A stretch of DNA of 64,000 bases from Octopus sinensis (lineage: Eukaryota), in NCBI RefSeq assembly GCF_006345805.1, contig NC_043001.1, positions 48,236,001 to 48,300,000 on the forward strand, given 5' to 3'. Below the pieces are notes generated by a model. The model did no database searches, was not told the origin of the DNA, and was given only the letters and a program-made list of their open reading frames with translations. This document shows, one piece after another, positions 62,993-64,000 of the stretch (position 1 is its first letter; each line of letters starts with the position of its first letter). Position numbers and translations under genes: made by a program.

Positions 62993-63026
<34 letters not shown>

Positions 63027-63030
<4 letters not shown>

Positions 63031-63246
63031 CCCAGTCGAAGTCGACTCTCGGTTACTCGATGAATCAGTGTCCTCCAGTCAGTTCTATCCTGGACAGCTT
63101 CTTTCAGATTGGCTATGTCCATTCCGTTATCACTGTTGATGGTGTCAAGTCAGCGGGTTCTAGGTCGGCCTCTTCCTCTCTTGCGACTGACCATTCCGAA
63201 CATGATGTCCTTCTCCAGGGATTTTCTCCGCATATCTATGGATCTA
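63027..63246 (-). mobile_element. RTE/BovB-like LINE 3' end
   Basis: [27 protein letters not shown]...LKEAVQDRTDWRTLIHRVTESRLRL; (TA)n on both sides. Confidence 0.8.
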
Positions 63247-63258
63247 AATATATATATA

Positions 63259-63302
<44 letters not shown>

Positions 63303-63424
63303 TATATAATATATATATATATACATACATATGCATATATATATGTATATATATATATACATATATACATATATACACACACACATATATATATATGCAT
63401 GCATATATACATACATATATATAT

Positions 63425-63487
<63 letters not shown>

Positions 63488-63489
<2 letters not shown>

Positions 63490-63640
63490 CGGGCCTCTTT
63501 CAGTTTCTTTCTACCAAATCCTCTGAATAGGCTGAAGCTAGAATAATAGAAGACACTTGCCCAAGGTGCCACGCAGTGGAACCTACCCCGGAACCACGTG
63601 GTTGGGAATCAAACTTCTGACCACACAGCCATGCTAGCGT
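63488..63640 (-). mobile_element. 5' (tRNA-derived) half of the split SINE
   Basis: Minus strand GCATGGCTGTGTGGTCAGAAG...CCTTGGGCAAGTGTCTTCTA...GAAACTGAAAGAGGCCCGTC. Confidence 0.75.
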
Positions 63641-63905
63641 CTGAGGTGACTTCGGAAACATGTATGTCGTTATGGTAAATCAGCAGCATAAGATGAACTG
63701 ATCATGCATGACGCTAGTCCCCATGTACTTTTCTGCCGAGAGTAGTGCATGAGGGGTACTGAATATGAAATGACTGTTGATGTCCTTCAATACCTCTTGA
63801 GTAAAGCGAGAAAGTTTTTCCGCGGCAAATCTAGCAGTGTATGCGGTCTTCGTAAAGGTCAAATATATTCTAAAACATATTTGAAGAGGCGTAATACACG
63901 GTAAT

Positions 63906-64000
63906 ATTGGCTTGTCCGGAAAGTTCGTGTCAATTTTTAAAGGAAAGAAAACGTTCAATAAATACTTGCCATTACATTTTTAATCAACCAAATATGAACC
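63906..64000 (+). mobile_element. Probable mariner-type TIR (element continues beyond the window)
   Basis: TATTGGCTTGTCCGGAAAGTTCGTGTC resembles mariner TIRs; the partner TIR is not visible. Confidence 0.4.

Larger units (their letters stand above)
59701..62996 (+). mobile_element. CR1-group LINE, 5'-truncated in ORF1, with near-complete ORF2
   Basis: APE motifs (LNAQG, LTETHL, GLYRPP, GDFNLPGVDW, SDH) and RT motifs (NQHGFR, YLDFSKAFD, GVPQGTVLGPLLF, FADD, RDLGV); tail TTCTAAGTTATTCTAAGTT; (TA)n on both sides. Confidence 0.92.

Noticed and set aside
63027-63640. Chimeric SINE made of a tRNA head plus an RTE tail
   Set aside because: The true 3' half of that SINE is at 59341-59570, so the RTE piece is a nested insertion.

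Overview
This is AT-rich, microsatellite-saturated eukaryotic (animal) genomic DNA. It is most likely cephalopod/Octopus-like; that is an inference from the SINE families and repeat landscape as I recall them, not from a database hit. No prokaryotic features are present (no operons, rRNA or CRISPR), and no host gene can be named. Most ORFs in the track are translations of microsatellites. The window is a nested graveyard of transposons: Penelope-like elements (PLEs; about 4 coding remnants plus several terminal modules), R4/Dong-type REL LINE fragments, a near-intact CR1-group LINE (59.7-63.0 kb), an RTE/BovB-like 3' end, mariner, maT (DD37D), Tc2-type and Chapaev3-like DNA transposons or MITEs, a Helitron-like non-autonomous element, and many tRNA-derived SINEs. 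A ~46-bp satellite array with CRE-like cores and higher-order structure spans 52.2-58.5 kb. The most interesting signals are: (1) a set of minimal type I hammerhead ribozyme motifs with palindromic stem III. One sits just downstream of a tRNA-like Pol III promoter in a PLE 3' end, one carries the compensatory U3:A8 core, and two lie in 310-340 bp non-coding direct-repeat units. (2) A ~560-bp non-coding element embedded in (TAA)n repeats, like Dong LINEs. (3) A SINE split by 3.9 kb of nested insertions into its internal microsatellite. A few candidate host exons are flagged with low to moderate confidence. All motif assignments were made by eye, with no searches run.
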